Notes under the pieces: generated by a model
The model's database searches: none
Told to the model about the DNA's origin: nothing
The model's input: only the letters and a program-made list of their open reading frames with translations
In this document: positions 7,584-18,045 of the stretch, in pieces
Position numbering within the stretch: position 1 is the stretch's first letter
Layout of the letters: the number at the start of each line of letters is the position of its first letter
Made by a program: the position numbers and the translations under genes
Virus record (IMG/VR): IMGVR_UViG_3300027887_000005
Location: 1-40,709 of that record
Direction: 5' to 3' (one strand)
Origin: a virus
Taxonomy: Duplodnaviria > Caudoviricetes
Length of the DNA: 40,709 nt

Positions 7584-8602
7584 TAGACCACCGTAAAAGA
7601 AGTCCCAGTCTGCAATAGGCTTACGTCCAAACCATATTTTTCATTATCGTAACTAGTAACAATTAACATTTTCAACGCCCAGATGCCAGTTCTGGCATGT
7701 GTTGTAAGGGTAAGCGGAGCATCGGCAAAAACATGAGTACCATTCTCTAGGAATCTGAGATTTTTAAACCCTCCGTGTCCAGAACCCGGCCCATAATAAA
7801 AACGAACCTCTTTCCAGTTAGTCGGGTCTGAAAAATAAGCATCGTCGGTTATTTGTGCTGCAATGCTGGCGGTGTCTAAAGATATTTGAGTAGTTGTGCC
7901 CCTGGAAATAGTTGCCCCGCTTAGGGTGTTTAAGAATACTTCTTCACCGCCAACCACAGTGCTTAAATCCCCACTGGCACCATTAATGGAGGTTACTTCT
8001 CCAGAACTTATGGCGTATCCTTTCCAAAATCCCAAATCGTCAACAATACCGTCAAATGATCCACCATGAAGGCCTACAAATGTCGCTACGGTAGAGTTAA
8101 CATTGGTGCCGACAGTATTAACTGCTGAAGATGCCAGAACTCCATTGATATAAATTTTTTGGTTAGTGCCATCGAAAGTACAAGCAACGTGATGCCACGC
8201 ACCTATGGCCGTTATATCTCCTGTTATTCTAATGGTTCCAACTTTAAATCCGAAGGCCCATCTATCTGGTCCTGATTCATATTTCTGATCAATGTACCAT
8301 GAGTTGGTTGTACTATCGAAATTTCCAATTACTTTATATTCTTCGGCCGCAGGTTTCCACCAAAATGACACTGAAAAAGAACCAGTCCCAAAATTAAAAT
8401 CAGATACGGAATTATAAATTCCAATTCCTGAAGTAGTAATACCATTAAGATATTTGGCCGCTACATAGTTGCAATAATCGAGTGTTTCAGAAATTGCACC
8501 GAGGGTACTAAAAGTATAAGAAGCATTATGTCCTTTGCCTGACGAATCGTTAATATTGCTATCAAACTTATAATAACCAATTAAACTATCCGCAAATGCC
8601 AT
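7583..8602 (-). CDS. LamG/concanavalin A-like domain virion protein
   Basis: LIGYYKFD...DSSG, FSVSFW, WHHVACTFDG...IYING and FDGIVDD are laminin G3 signatures. Confidence 0.88.
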   Translation of the reverse strand: MAFADSLIGYYKFDSNINDSSGKGHNASYTFSTLGAISETLDYCNYVAAKYLNGITTSGIGIYNSVSDFNFGTGSFSVSFWWKPAAEEYKVIGNFDSTTNSWYIDQKYESGPDRWAFGFKVGTIRITGDITAIGAWHHVACTFDGTNQKIYINGVLASSAVNTVGTNVNSTVATFVGLHGGSFDGIVDDLGFWKGYAISSGEVTSINGASGDLSTVVGGEEVFLNTLSGATISRGTTTQISLDTASIAAQITDDAYFSDPTNWKEVRFYYGPGSGHGGFKNLRFLENGTHVFADAPLTLTTHARTGIWALKMLIVTSYDNEKYGLDVSLLQTGTSFTVV

Positions 8603-8611
8603 ATAAACTCC

Positions 8612-9268
8612 TTAAGGTGTAAAATTTTCTAATTCTGCTAGTATTGTTGCCTTATCTTCTGCTGTAAAACTTCCATTAATGGTAAGTGAATTTATTTCTC
8701 CCCATGCTGTTTGGAGACTCCCTGTTTCTAATAAGTTTTTTATAGGGAGAAATTGTTCATTTAAGTCTTGTATTTGAGATGCGGGGAGTGATTTTTGATC
8801 TATTATTGCACCGAACAGTCCTATGACTTTACGCCCATGATCCATGGCCCTAAGGCCAGCATAGGCCAAATCATCTCTTCCTTTTTGAATAATGGCCTTG
8901 GCCTTAATGTCGGCGTATTTTCCCTCTATATTGGTCAACAATACCTCAGCAGAATTTCGATTAGAGGCATTAAGGATATTATTTTTAAACCACAGTGAGG
9001 AATTTGGTTCTGCATCTACTCCAAACCATTGTCTATAACCAGGCATACCAGCATCTTCTGATGCCATGGCCTCCCAGCGTACAGTCATTTCTAGCGGCCA
9101 GGGGTCTGGAGTTGGCGAGGGCGTTGGGGTTACAGTCGGGGTGGGAGTAGGCCCGGCCGTGGCAGTTGGACTTGCCGTAGATTCTGGAATAGCTGTTGCC
9201 GTTGGACTTGCCGTTTCGTCAGCGAAAACCGAGAAAGTTAATAACAGGATAAGTAAAAAATATTTCAT
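8612..9268 (-). CDS. Signal-peptide protein with P/T/S linker and helical C-terminal domain (possible fibre chaperone)
   Basis: MKYFLLILLLTFSVFA-DE is a Sec/SPI-type leader, followed by TASPTATA x2 and a (PT)n linker. Confidence 0.7.
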   Translation of the reverse strand: MKYFLLILLLTFSVFADETASPTATAIPESTASPTATAGPTPTPTVTPTPSPTPDPWPLEMTVRWEAMASEDAGMPGYRQWFGVDAEPNSSLWFKNNILNASNRNSAEVLLTNIEGKYADIKAKAIIQKGRDDLAYAGLRAMDHGRKVIGLFGAIIDQKSLPASQIQDLNEQFLPIKNLLETGSLQTAWGEINSLTINGSFTAEDKATILAELENFTP

Positions 9269-9276
9269 ATTATCAC

Positions 9277-12200
9277 CTAGTAAAGTTTTCTGATTTTAAT
9301 TATCACTCCTGGTGCATTAGTATAGGTATCCGAAATTGAAGGTGCATTAGAGGAAAATGTGGAGGTAGTAACTCTTAATTCAAATGTTGATGCTACTGAC
9401 AAGTTAAATTTAACTGATCCGGCACTGGTATAGTAGGCATCGTTTGCGGCCACGGTTCTGCTGGCCTGACCAATTCCATAGGGAGTAATCACCGAAGCAG
9501 CGGTCACATTGTATAAATAATTATCAATCTGTGAGGTGGAAGTTGATGATGGATAATAAAATTGTAAATACCACGTTACTTCATAACCACCAACAGGAAG
9601 TGAAAATTGATTGCTAGATGGACTTGTGAATGTATCTCCGCTGACAGAATCTATCGGCACTGCAATGGTTGTCGATGCGGTCAGGCTTGTTCTCCCTATT
9701 TTGGTTATTATGGCCTCTAATTCTATTGATACATTTCCAACATAAGCACCGGGTAACTGAGCATCTGATGCTTGTCTCGAAACAGAAATAGATAAATTTT
9801 CATCTACTCCAGTGCCAGCAGTTCTGCTGGAGCAATAAATATTTAGTCCCGAGGTGGCAACGCTGCTAAGGGTTATGATGTTACCAGAACCATTCTCGGT
9901 ATCTGCTTTAATTGATGGTATTTGTGTAAAAAATCCAGGTACAAATGTTATAGCGACAACACCTTGAGCAGTTCTACTTACGCTCTGAATAAACGAATAA
10001 GGGCCTTGGCTGGTTATCGTAGCAGTGCCGTTATTAGCTATCCTTGCCGAGAAGTCATTCACCTTACTGGCCGGTACGGCCACAGTTGTATAGGGTTTGG
10101 AATCCCATGCCGTGACATGTAACCTGACAGGATTGCCATCGTTGGGAAGTCCCACAGCATTTCCGAAAGTTAAATAGTCGCCTTGTACAAGAGAAATTGT
10201 AGTAACCACTTGTTGTGCGTATCCAGTGGTTGACTCTTGATCACCATAGGTATAAATAGTACCATTTTTTCTTATGTATGGCAGTGGTGAGGTTGCTTGA
10301 GAACTGTCATGCTGAAATTCAATGACTACTTTACAATCTCTAGCGGCAATTAATTTAGTTCTAGTATTGCCAGAATCATCTTGACCGTACAAAAGTCCAG
10401 AAGTGTTGCCAGTAAATGTTGTCGAGGCCGTAGTCACCCCATTTTTTTCTATTGTTACAGTGGACAAATCAAACTCTACATCGCCGCTTCTGTCGGTAAG
10501 AGAAGATGCTATTTGAGATAGCGACCAAGTTTCCATTCTCTCTTGCCCATCCGTCAGGATGGCCGGACTCTCAGCGATGGCGTTAACTGTGAAGTGGGTA
10601 TAAATGTCATCTGCAAATTGCGCTGTATTAATATATACGACTAAATAATCCCCAGTAGTCATTGTATAATTGAAAGGTAATGGTCTATTTTGTAGGCTTG
10701 ATGGATATACCCCCGACCACTGTTTTATTAGGGTCCCTGCAGAATTAAAAAGGTGAATTTCGTCATACCATGTTGTTGTTGAAGAAGCATATCCGGTAAA
10801 ATTACCATTTACCTGACATGGTTTTATTGCGGTTATTTTTGTATATGTTCCAGAATTATCATAGGTTAAAAGCCCAGCATTTTTAGACGTGACGTTGGTA
10901 AACTTTAACCGTGAAGAGCCATCTGTTGAGCTATAATTTGAGGCGTGGACATAATCAAGAACGTTCAAATTCGCCTTGCCAAATGGGTCTGCCGAAATGC
11001 TAATCCGATCAAATAAAGCGGTGATCGCTACTGTGGAAGTATTAAAGAAACCATACTCAAGTGAAGTAGCATCTGACGGTACATTGAAAAGCATTTGGGA
11101 AGGAGTGGTGCTGCTGGCGGCGGGTATATCCATCGACACAATGTTTCCGTCTAATGCTCCACCATTAACCTTAACTTTAAACTGCATACCTGTGACAGTC
11201 GCCTTGTATTGAAATTCAAAGGCGATGGTAGAACCTTTAATTCCCTCATTGGGTGTAAGTTGGCCAACCACAAACCAATCATTGTGTTGATCTCCACTGG
11301 CCACATATTTAATGGCGGAAGTCCCGATCAAAAGATCGGAAGTGGAAGATGTTATGGTCGCTGTCCCCTGTAATGATCCGCCATTGTCGAACGTAGCATT
11401 GTTACCAGCTACAACATAAGCGGCAGACATTTTTTCGGGATAAAGAATAGAGATTAGCTTATTATTGTTATGGATAACATGGTCGGCAGAACTTAGGTAA
11501 CCGTCCTGAGATTCACTTGACCTGGGAAGGGAAACGGTGGTGTTTGATCCCACCACATAACCACCTCCAGATATGGATAGGGGGGCATTAGCGGAAGTCA
11601 AAGTCCCGGTCGAAATAATATTTTGTTTATTATTGAAAGTATTCCAATCCGTAGATGATAGATAACCAGCAGAACCACTTCCGGCCTGGGTTATAGTAAC
11701 TGTGGCAGTATTTAAAACAGCACCAGTGCCGCCAGCTATAGAAATTGGGGACGTGCCATTAAGATCGGCCCCCACGACAGACATCGTTTGCCAGGCGGTC
11801 TGAGAGGCACCTATCGCCGTAAGTACCTTACCAACGTCACCAGACAAAGGGTCAGGAAGAAGATCGCTATCAACGTCAAAAGTAAGCGAACCGCCCACCA
11901 CTGTGCCAGCACCAGAAACACTGAGTCTGCCTGCTGTCCCGGTAGCTGAGAAGAAGCTAAGTGAATCTTGTTTATCATAAAATAAACTCCAATCGCTACT
12001 CGATAACCAACCATCGCTAGAGGCCGAGGATTGTGTCATTGTAACGGTCGCTGTTCCATTTAAAACACCTGTACCGCCAGTAATTGAAATGGGTGAACTT
12101 CCCAGCAAGTTTCCAGCAATGGAAGTATCAATTATTTTTTTCCAATTAGTGGTATTTCCTGCGTCCTTCTTTAAATAAGCGTCGCCATTGGTTCTAAGCA

Positions 12201-12390
12201 ATAAAGAACCAGCACCACCAGACTGTGCTGAAGAGGTGGGGTCAACGGTAACGCCAGCTTTAATTTTCTGGGTATTTTTCTGATAACCTATGTTATTTTC
12301 TAAATTTGTGGCCTCTCCAGTCCCATAATACCATTGTGCGATGGCAACAAAACTATAGAGTAGAATTATGAGAAGGATTATTTTTTTCAT
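9277..12390 (-). CDS. Large fibre/adhesin-like protein with N-terminal signal peptide
   Basis: MKKIILLIILLYSFVAIA-Q leader; three ~48-aa repeats ending G[WY]LSS.D; S/T/G-rich multi-domain beta structure; occupies the fibre position in the tail module. Confidence 0.75.
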   Translation of the reverse strand: MKKIILLIILLYSFVAIAQWYYGTGEATNLENNIGYQKNTQKIKAGVTVDPTSSAQSGGAGSLLLRTNGDAYLKKDAGNTTNWKKIIDTSIAGNLLGSSPISITGGTGVLNGTATVTMTQSSASSDGWLSSSDWSLFYDKQDSLSFFSATGTAGRLSVSGAGTVVGGSLTFDVDSDLLPDPLSGDVGKVLTAIGASQTAWQTMSVVGADLNGTSPISIAGGTGAVLNTATVTITQAGSGSAGYLSSTDWNTFNNKQNIISTGTLTSANAPLSISGGGYVVGSNTTVSLPRSSESQDGYLSSADHVIHNNNKLISILYPEKMSAAYVVAGNNATFDNGGSLQGTATITSSTSDLLIGTSAIKYVASGDQHNDWFVVGQLTPNEGIKGSTIAFEFQYKATVTGMQFKVKVNGGALDGNIVSMDIPAASSTTPSQMLFNVPSDATSLEYGFFNTSTVAITALFDRISISADPFGKANLNVLDYVHASNYSSTDGSSRLKFTNVTSKNAGLLTYDNSGTYTKITAIKPCQVNGNFTGYASSTTTWYDEIHLFNSAGTLIKQWSGVYPSSLQNRPLPFNYTMTTGDYLVVYINTAQFADDIYTHFTVNAIAESPAILTDGQERMETWSLSQIASSLTDRSGDVEFDLSTVTIEKNGVTTASTTFTGNTSGLLYGQDDSGNTRTKLIAARDCKVVIEFQHDSSQATSPLPYIRKNGTIYTYGDQESTTGYAQQVVTTISLVQGDYLTFGNAVGLPNDGNPVRLHVTAWDSKPYTTVAVPASKVNDFSARIANNGTATITSQGPYSFIQSVSRTAQGVVAITFVPGFFTQIPSIKADTENGSGNIITLSSVATSGLNIYCSSRTAGTGVDENLSISVSRQASDAQLPGAYVGNVSIELEAIITKIGRTSLTASTTIAVPIDSVSGDTFTSPSSNQFSLPVGGYEVTWYLQFYYPSSTSTSQIDNYLYNVTAASVITPYGIGQASRTVAANDAYYTSAGSVKFNLSVASTFELRVTTSTFSSNAPSISDTYTNAPGVIIKIRKLY

Positions 12391-12399
12391 TGGTCATCC

Positions 12400-13368
12400 T
12401 TAATTAAAAAAATTCAATGCCATTGTCCCAGAATCTACTGTACCACTGACTGATTTTATCTTAATCACATCGCCAGAAGAGACTTTAAAGTCCCAAAGCG
12501 TTTTTTCTCCGGCAATGATATAACCAACGTCGGAAGTATTGATGCGTAAAATAAAAGTACCGCCAGCATTTTCGACGATAGACATTTTGGCCGCATTTTG
12601 TGCAAGGGTAACGACATTCACATATGCAGCGTCGGTTATATTGGTTACTGCAAAATCAGTATAAGAACCTTGCACCATGGCCAGGTCTCGGACAGGATAA
12701 TAAGACATAAATATTCTCCACGCTGTGCCATCACTGATAACAGCTAAGGCCTCATTTAATTGTTTGAAAATATAGGGAGTACCATCGACATTATTAGTCA
12801 CTGAACAGGCGTTAGTCAGGTTGATTGCCTTTAGGATATACAATTTTCCTTCACATGTTGTAGGGTCAGGGAGAGTTATGGGGACAACGGCCGCCGTGCC
12901 ATCTAAGGAAATGCAAACATCGTCTAAGGATGCAGTATAGCTCGCAACCTTGGTGAGTTGAGAAAAATAATAAGATTTATTTTTTAGGTCTTGTTGATCA
13001 GTGGTCCCGACCACACTTCCAAAAACTCCGTGAACCCCGGCAGATAAGGCAGTATGATTCCCAAGAGTAGTATTTACACCATATAAAGAGGCGTCTAGCG
13101 TGCCAATGGCAGTTTTACGATCATCACCATTGGAAATAAATTCATTAGAGGAATAAATTTTCCGATTAGCATCACCCTCTCCGGTGACACCATCAGTATC
13201 GAATAGCTCATTGACCGCTCTTTGAATATTGTAAATTATGTTACCGCTATTAGGGTCAGTGATATTCTTAAGAGCTATTTTTCCTAATGTATCGGAGTCA
13301 ATTTTCCTAGACAACCAAGCGGCGTTGGAGTTTAGGGCATCGACTGGTTGGCCATCTTGTATTGACAT
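12400..13368 (-). CDS. Minor tail / short fibre protein
   Basis: H...S.GVHGV.G.VVGTTD.Q.L.NK and ITLPDPTTCEGKLYILK are fibre-type motifs. Confidence 0.7.
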   Translation of the reverse strand: MSIQDGQPVDALNSNAAWLSRKIDSDTLGKIALKNITDPNSGNIIYNIQRAVNELFDTDGVTGEGDANRKIYSSNEFISNGDDRKTAIGTLDASLYGVNTTLGNHTALSAGVHGVFGSVVGTTDQQDLKNKSYYFSQLTKVASYTASLDDVCISLDGTAAVVPITLPDPTTCEGKLYILKAINLTNACSVTNNVDGTPYIFKQLNEALAVISDGTAWRIFMSYYPVRDLAMVQGSYTDFAVTNITDAAYVNVVTLAQNAAKMSIVENAGGTFILRINTSDVGYIIAGEKTLWDFKVSSGDVIKIKSVSGTVDSGTMALNFFN

Positions 13369-13380
13369 AAAATCTCCCTA

Positions 13381-13686
13381 TCATCCAAACTCAACAACCG
13401 AAAAAGAATAATTAAGACCACTACTCCCGCCATATCCCATTACCGATTTTCCGGCCCCAACTCTCATAACTGCACTATGATCTCCATAGGTGTTATTAAT
13501 AGCACTTGGTTCACTTATTGAAGTAATGTACAAGGAAGCATTTGAACCGCCAGTGGCAGCATTAAATACTACTTCCGCCCATCGATTTGCGGGGACAGTA
13601 TAGAGGGCAGTTGTATTTCCACTCGACACTCCTCCGGTATACGTTTGTGATCGAAAAACTTGTATTCCTGTATAAAACGTACTCAT
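13381..13686 (-). CDS. Small minor tail protein
   Basis: LYTVPANRWA beta-sandwich motif; position in the tail module. Confidence 0.6.
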   Translation of the reverse strand: MSTFYTGIQVFRSQTYTGGVSSGNTTALYTVPANRWAEVVFNAATGGSNASLYITSISEPSAINNTYGDHSAVMRVGAGKSVMGYGGSSGLNYSFSVVEFG

Positions 13687-13694
13687 AACTCTCC

Positions 13695-14228
13695 CTATCT
13701 AGGCCTATAATGTATAACTATTCCGCAAGTCTCAACATTATCCCCAACTTGCGCCTGTATTAAATCTAATCTTAATGCATCTCCGGCGTTGACATTGGCA
13801 CTAGTCAAAACAGGAGCAACGATATTGGGAAAACTAGAACCAATATGCATAAACACCCAGCTTCCAGCAGCAGATAAAATTTTAGGGGTTGTCGAAAAGA
13901 TAGTATTCCAAGTGGCACCATTATCAGTGCTGCGCTTAACATCTAATTCTGTCGTACCACTGGTGCCATTGGTGTGAATAAACATCCAAACATCGATAAT
14001 TTCGGCATCATATTGGAAAAAAGTCATTCCATCGACCCCATAAAGAGGTGGATTAAGGGCACTGTTTCCGTATTTCCCATTTAAAAAGAATTGTTTTTCG
14101 GAATGTTGAACAGTATTGATAAAATTGATGCCCTGACCTATTTTCTGCATGGTATTTTCAGACAATGGTGCCCTGAATTGGGTTTCTTCAACTTGTATCA
14201 TGCGCCTAATATTTGTAAGATCAGTCAT
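13695..14228 (-). CDS. Minor tail/baseplate protein
   Basis: DVKRS...TIFSTTPKI...GDALRLD beta domain, immediately after the hub gene. Confidence 0.65.
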   Translation of the reverse strand: MTDLTNIRRMIQVEETQFRAPLSENTMQKIGQGINFINTVQHSEKQFFLNGKYGNSALNPPLYGVDGMTFFQYDAEIIDVWMFIHTNGTSGTTELDVKRSTDNGATWNTIFSTTPKILSAAGSWVFMHIGSSFPNIVAPVLTSANVNAGDALRLDLIQAQVGDNVETCGIVIHYRPR

Positions 14229-14236
14229 ATTAACCT

Positions 14237-16729
14237 CTAAAAGTATCTATATGCGCCCTGGGTATCTGCAAATCCAATAAATTCACAGCGCATCGTATTA
14301 TCTGGCGTAAAACCTATATCGTTATTTAGTATAACATCGTTACCGGATATGCTGTCTACTCGAACCTCAACGGACATGGTTGAGTAGTCCTCGGTATGGA
14401 TTAAGACTACAGCATTAAGGAAAAATTTAGAAATGTCGGCAACATTTACGGTAAACTGGGTGCCGGAGACTCCGGCCGTCACGGCCACACTGGGTGCCAG
14501 ATGAGCGTAAAGTGATTTATAGCCCTTATTGACGGTCTTGTCGGTACTAGTTGAATAGTATGGTATAACTACGACGTAATCCAATCCTGGGGCGGTTGGT
14601 AGGGGTGGGTCAATAATTAACCAATTGCTATTGGTTGGGGACAAGGAAACAATTCTTGAATAATAATCATAAGTCCAATCATCATTATGAACCTGTATTT
14701 GTTGTCCAATATGGGCCGTCCATTTTGTAAACTCGTTCACCCCTTGCAATTTCAAAATAGACACTGTGCTTCCAGATTGAAGATAGGAACGTGGGGAAAC
14801 GACGCCATAGCGATCCTGGGAAGTATCAAATATTCCGCTTAAAAGCTTTATTTTGGACGTACCTGTCTTAATATCTAATTGTCGATCTAGGACTTCAAAC
14901 AGCATTTGGCCTATATCTCTAGTACCATCGGCCAGATTTGGCAGTTGAAGTTGACCATTATCCACCAACATAACGATATCGCCCGATTCTACCAATGACC
15001 CGGCGGTCATATTGACATCTAAAGTTATTTCAAAGGCAATATTAGAATATCTCGTAAGCAATGCTCTGGCCGTACGATAAGCAAGTTGATCCCCACCTAA
15101 AGTAGACCAAACTCCTTTGGCAGAAACAAGCAAGGATGATTCTTCCCCAAACAAATTTAGAGAATTTTGATCAAGATTGCGGATAATATTAGTATAAATA
15201 TTTTTATCTGAGTTAACATCCCATTCATAGTCAATTTCGTTATAAAAACGGCGGGTATTTAATGCCCTGGAATAGGTCATGTTGGTCGGATTGACTATGT
15301 TTGAGGCATTGATTTCGATTAGTTTATCATCAATTAAGACAGGCGGTCTGGTATAGCCAATCGAGACTTTTCCATAACGTGTAAGCGAGTAACACCCAAG
15401 CGGGAGATATATCTGACTCTCGATAAATTCTTTTCCAGAAATTTTCTCCATTATGGTGAACTGCATGTCGTAGTAAGGGGCGGATAAAAACCTCTCTTTA
15501 AAAAGGATATGGGTATCAATGTCCACTTCGGAAGGGTTCATGCGCAAACCAGCGGCCACTGGCAGGACATCAAATTGTGATCTAATGGAAAAGGTGCCAG
15601 CAGTAGGAAATTCTGGAATGAGATTTTGGTTTAAATAAATAATTCTATTTAGTCGTCCAGAACTGTCCTCATCGAAACCAGTAACAGTATAAGTACCATC
15701 ATTAAAGGCAGAACCAGTGATATAAATATAATCGCCAGTAACAATTCCCCACTGGACTTTAGAATCTTTATTAAAAGGTACTTTAATAACATTAGTCGAG
15801 GTATTATTGACATCTAGGGTATCTCCCAGTGCTTCTGGTTGAAGTCCGGTTATCCACGGCCCATTCCAGCCGGACAACATAATTTTAAGAGCGATAATAA
15901 TACCATTTTCCGGCCCTATTTCAATGGCCCCATTGACGTCAGCATCAAGAGCATGAACATCAACAGTATTAGCAGTATAGCCTATAGGTGTCGGAGTTGA
16001 CGATCTCGCCAGGGCGGTTATATAATTTGTGCCCTTAACATCATATTGAATCCATTCATCATCTATTTTAATCCACGTTTTTACGATAGAGCTATAATTT
16101 CCATCAGGACCTAGTATCCGTTGGTAAAAATCAGTGGCCGAGATAACCGGGATATTAGTTTGGGAATTGTTAATAGCTAACGATAGCTTAGTAGGCGCAA
16201 TATTGAACAATTGTCTACGACGTTTTTGGTTGGCATCAGATAGTCCCAGGGTTAGCTTGGGGCCGTTAACATTAATAGACGTTATACGCCCACGAAATAC
16301 TACAAAATAGTCATCCGGCCAGGAAGTCTCTACATAACCTATGTAGATTTTGACTTCCTTGCTCCCCATAATCTCATCGACCACTATCCCAGGACTAACC
16401 AGATTAGTGAGATAATTATCTTTATCGACAAAGACTAGACTAAACGTGGAGATGGATGCCCGACCTTGCTCGGGTTCAAGACGTTGAGAAATAGACAGCG
16501 ACCCTTCTAATGTCAAGTATGGTCTGGCACCTTCTATGCGTCGAAGTCCACCATAATTTAAACCATCAATACCATAATAAATTCCATTATCACCATAACG
16601 TACACGAGTATATATTTCACCAAGAGTCATTAATTCTGGGACACCATCAATTTCAACCACTACTGCCATTTGTTTGGTGGTTTTGTCAGTAGAGTCGATA
16701 AATGCTACAGGATATTGCGAGAGGCCCAT
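14237..16729 (-). CDS. Tail tip/baseplate hub (Tal-like) protein
   Basis: 830 aa, second structural gene after the tape measure; VFRGRI and VESGDIV hub-like motifs. Confidence 0.7.
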   Translation of the reverse strand: MGLSQYPVAFIDSTDKTTKQMAVVVEIDGVPELMTLGEIYTRVRYGDNGIYYGIDGLNYGGLRRIEGARPYLTLEGSLSISQRLEPEQGRASISTFSLVFVDKDNYLTNLVSPGIVVDEIMGSKEVKIYIGYVETSWPDDYFVVFRGRITSINVNGPKLTLGLSDANQKRRRQLFNIAPTKLSLAINNSQTNIPVISATDFYQRILGPDGNYSSIVKTWIKIDDEWIQYDVKGTNYITALARSSTPTPIGYTANTVDVHALDADVNGAIEIGPENGIIIALKIMLSGWNGPWITGLQPEALGDTLDVNNTSTNVIKVPFNKDSKVQWGIVTGDYIYITGSAFNDGTYTVTGFDEDSSGRLNRIIYLNQNLIPEFPTAGTFSIRSQFDVLPVAAGLRMNPSEVDIDTHILFKERFLSAPYYDMQFTIMEKISGKEFIESQIYLPLGCYSLTRYGKVSIGYTRPPVLIDDKLIEINASNIVNPTNMTYSRALNTRRFYNEIDYEWDVNSDKNIYTNIIRNLDQNSLNLFGEESSLLVSAKGVWSTLGGDQLAYRTARALLTRYSNIAFEITLDVNMTAGSLVESGDIVMLVDNGQLQLPNLADGTRDIGQMLFEVLDRQLDIKTGTSKIKLLSGIFDTSQDRYGVVSPRSYLQSGSTVSILKLQGVNEFTKWTAHIGQQIQVHNDDWTYDYYSRIVSLSPTNSNWLIIDPPLPTAPGLDYVVVIPYYSTSTDKTVNKGYKSLYAHLAPSVAVTAGVSGTQFTVNVADISKFFLNAVVLIHTEDYSTMSVEVRVDSISGNDVILNNDIGFTPDNTMRCEFIGFADTQGAYRYF

Positions 16730-17505
16730 TAAATAAACGCTCCTAATGAAACATTTTTTCTAAATTCCAATTGTCCAGTAGTATAAAAATTAGGAAATTG
16801 GGGAAGCATCTCTCTAAGAACATAACCCATTCCATTCTGTCCACGACCTGCCCTGTCGAGAGTGACGTCGTAATTAATTGTAGTATTGGAAATCTCTGGG
16901 ATAAAATCAAATGGTCTTTGTTGTATGGCCCAGCGTAAAAAATTCTTCCATTCAGTTATTCTCGAACTTGGTTCATACTTATATTCAACCTGTATAAACT
17001 CCATGATTTGAAAAACTATGGCCTCTTTTATTCCGCCAGCGGATATGCTTCTTGATCCTTGAATTTCTTGATTTAGATCAGTGCCAAGATAATTATAACC
17101 AATCATTTCCGGGACGAGAGCAACTCCAGAAGAAGAACTGCCAGTATAAGACTGAGAACCAGTATAATCAGCATAATTAAATCCTATTAAAGATGCCAAT
17201 GACGCTCCGGCATTAGTACCAGTGCCAAATAACAAGGAAAAATAAGTAGATGAACAGGAGATAGTTATCCTATTTTCCAATCCACCGGAAACATTGCGGT
17301 TTATAGTGACGGCGTAAGACACTTGATCATCCGCCTCTACAAATGCCCTAACGATCTCTGTCGCTAGGGTGGTCAAAGAATAATATCCTAAATTTAATGT
17401 CGCAGTTTTTTCTATACCACCGGATGATAATTTATAATTTATATAACGATTGCCGCTATCTACAATCAACCCGTAGTTAATAAGTGATTTCGCTGATAGT
17501 GCCAT
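16729..17505 (-). CDS. Distal tail (Dit-like) protein
   Basis: Position after the tape measure, size, and beta-rich composition. Confidence 0.6.
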   Translation of the reverse strand: MALSAKSLINYGLIVDSGNRYINYKLSSGGIEKTATLNLGYYSLTTLATEIVRAFVEADDQVSYAVTINRNVSGGLENRITISCSSTYFSLLFGTGTNAGASLASLIGFNYADYTGSQSYTGSSSSGVALVPEMIGYNYLGTDLNQEIQGSRSISAGGIKEAIVFQIMEFIQVEYKYEPSSRITEWKNFLRWAIQQRPFDFIPEISNTTINYDVTLDRAGRGQNGMGYVLREMLPQFPNFYTTGQLEFRKNVSLGAFI

Positions 17506-18045
17506 TTATACCCTCACCTGTTTTAATCTCCGATATAAGGTTGATCGGTGAACACCTAACTCCCTGCTGCGCTCTACCATGGTTTTTCCATCAATCAATT
17601 TTTCATTCCTGCGCTTAAGGTCAACAATGTCATCAATACTCATACCTTGATGGTATCTCCATCTCATCCTTGGGTACGGTATATTTAGCTTTTTTGATAA
17701 TTCAGAAAGAACATATTTTTCGCCACCATATTCTACGATTATATTGCTTCTTCTATTCAGACATTGTTCTTTATCAGTAGACCATTTGCAGTTTTTTGGA
17801 GAATATGGCCCACCATTGTTTATTCTATCCAATGAGTGGTTTTTAGTTGGAGATTTTCCCATATCCCTAAGAAAATTTTCAAATGACTTTTTCCATCTTT
17901 CGCAAACAAAAATCCCTCGGCCTCCGTATAATGGATAGCTAGACGATTTATTGTTGTAACATCTGGCCATCATTCCACACCAGGCCTTATACTCTTTTGT
18001 TTCTTTTTTTCTTCCAATACCATCTTCATATCTTCCATTGTCCAT
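17506..18045 (-). CDS. Free-standing HNH homing endonuclease
   Basis: EYKAWCGMMARC...YGGRGIFVCERW...SLDRINNGGPYSPKNCKWST, with a C-terminal HTH-like segment. AAAGGAG RBS precedes the ATG at 18045. Confidence 0.88.
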   Translation of the reverse strand: MDNGRYEDGIGRKKETKEYKAWCGMMARCYNNKSSSYPLYGGRGIFVCERWKKSFENFLRDMGKSPTKNHSLDRINNGGPYSPKNCKWSTDKEQCLNRRSNIIVEYGGEKYVLSELSKKLNIPYPRMRWRYHQGMSIDDIVDLKRRNEKLIDGKTMVERSRELGVHRSTLYRRLKQVRV

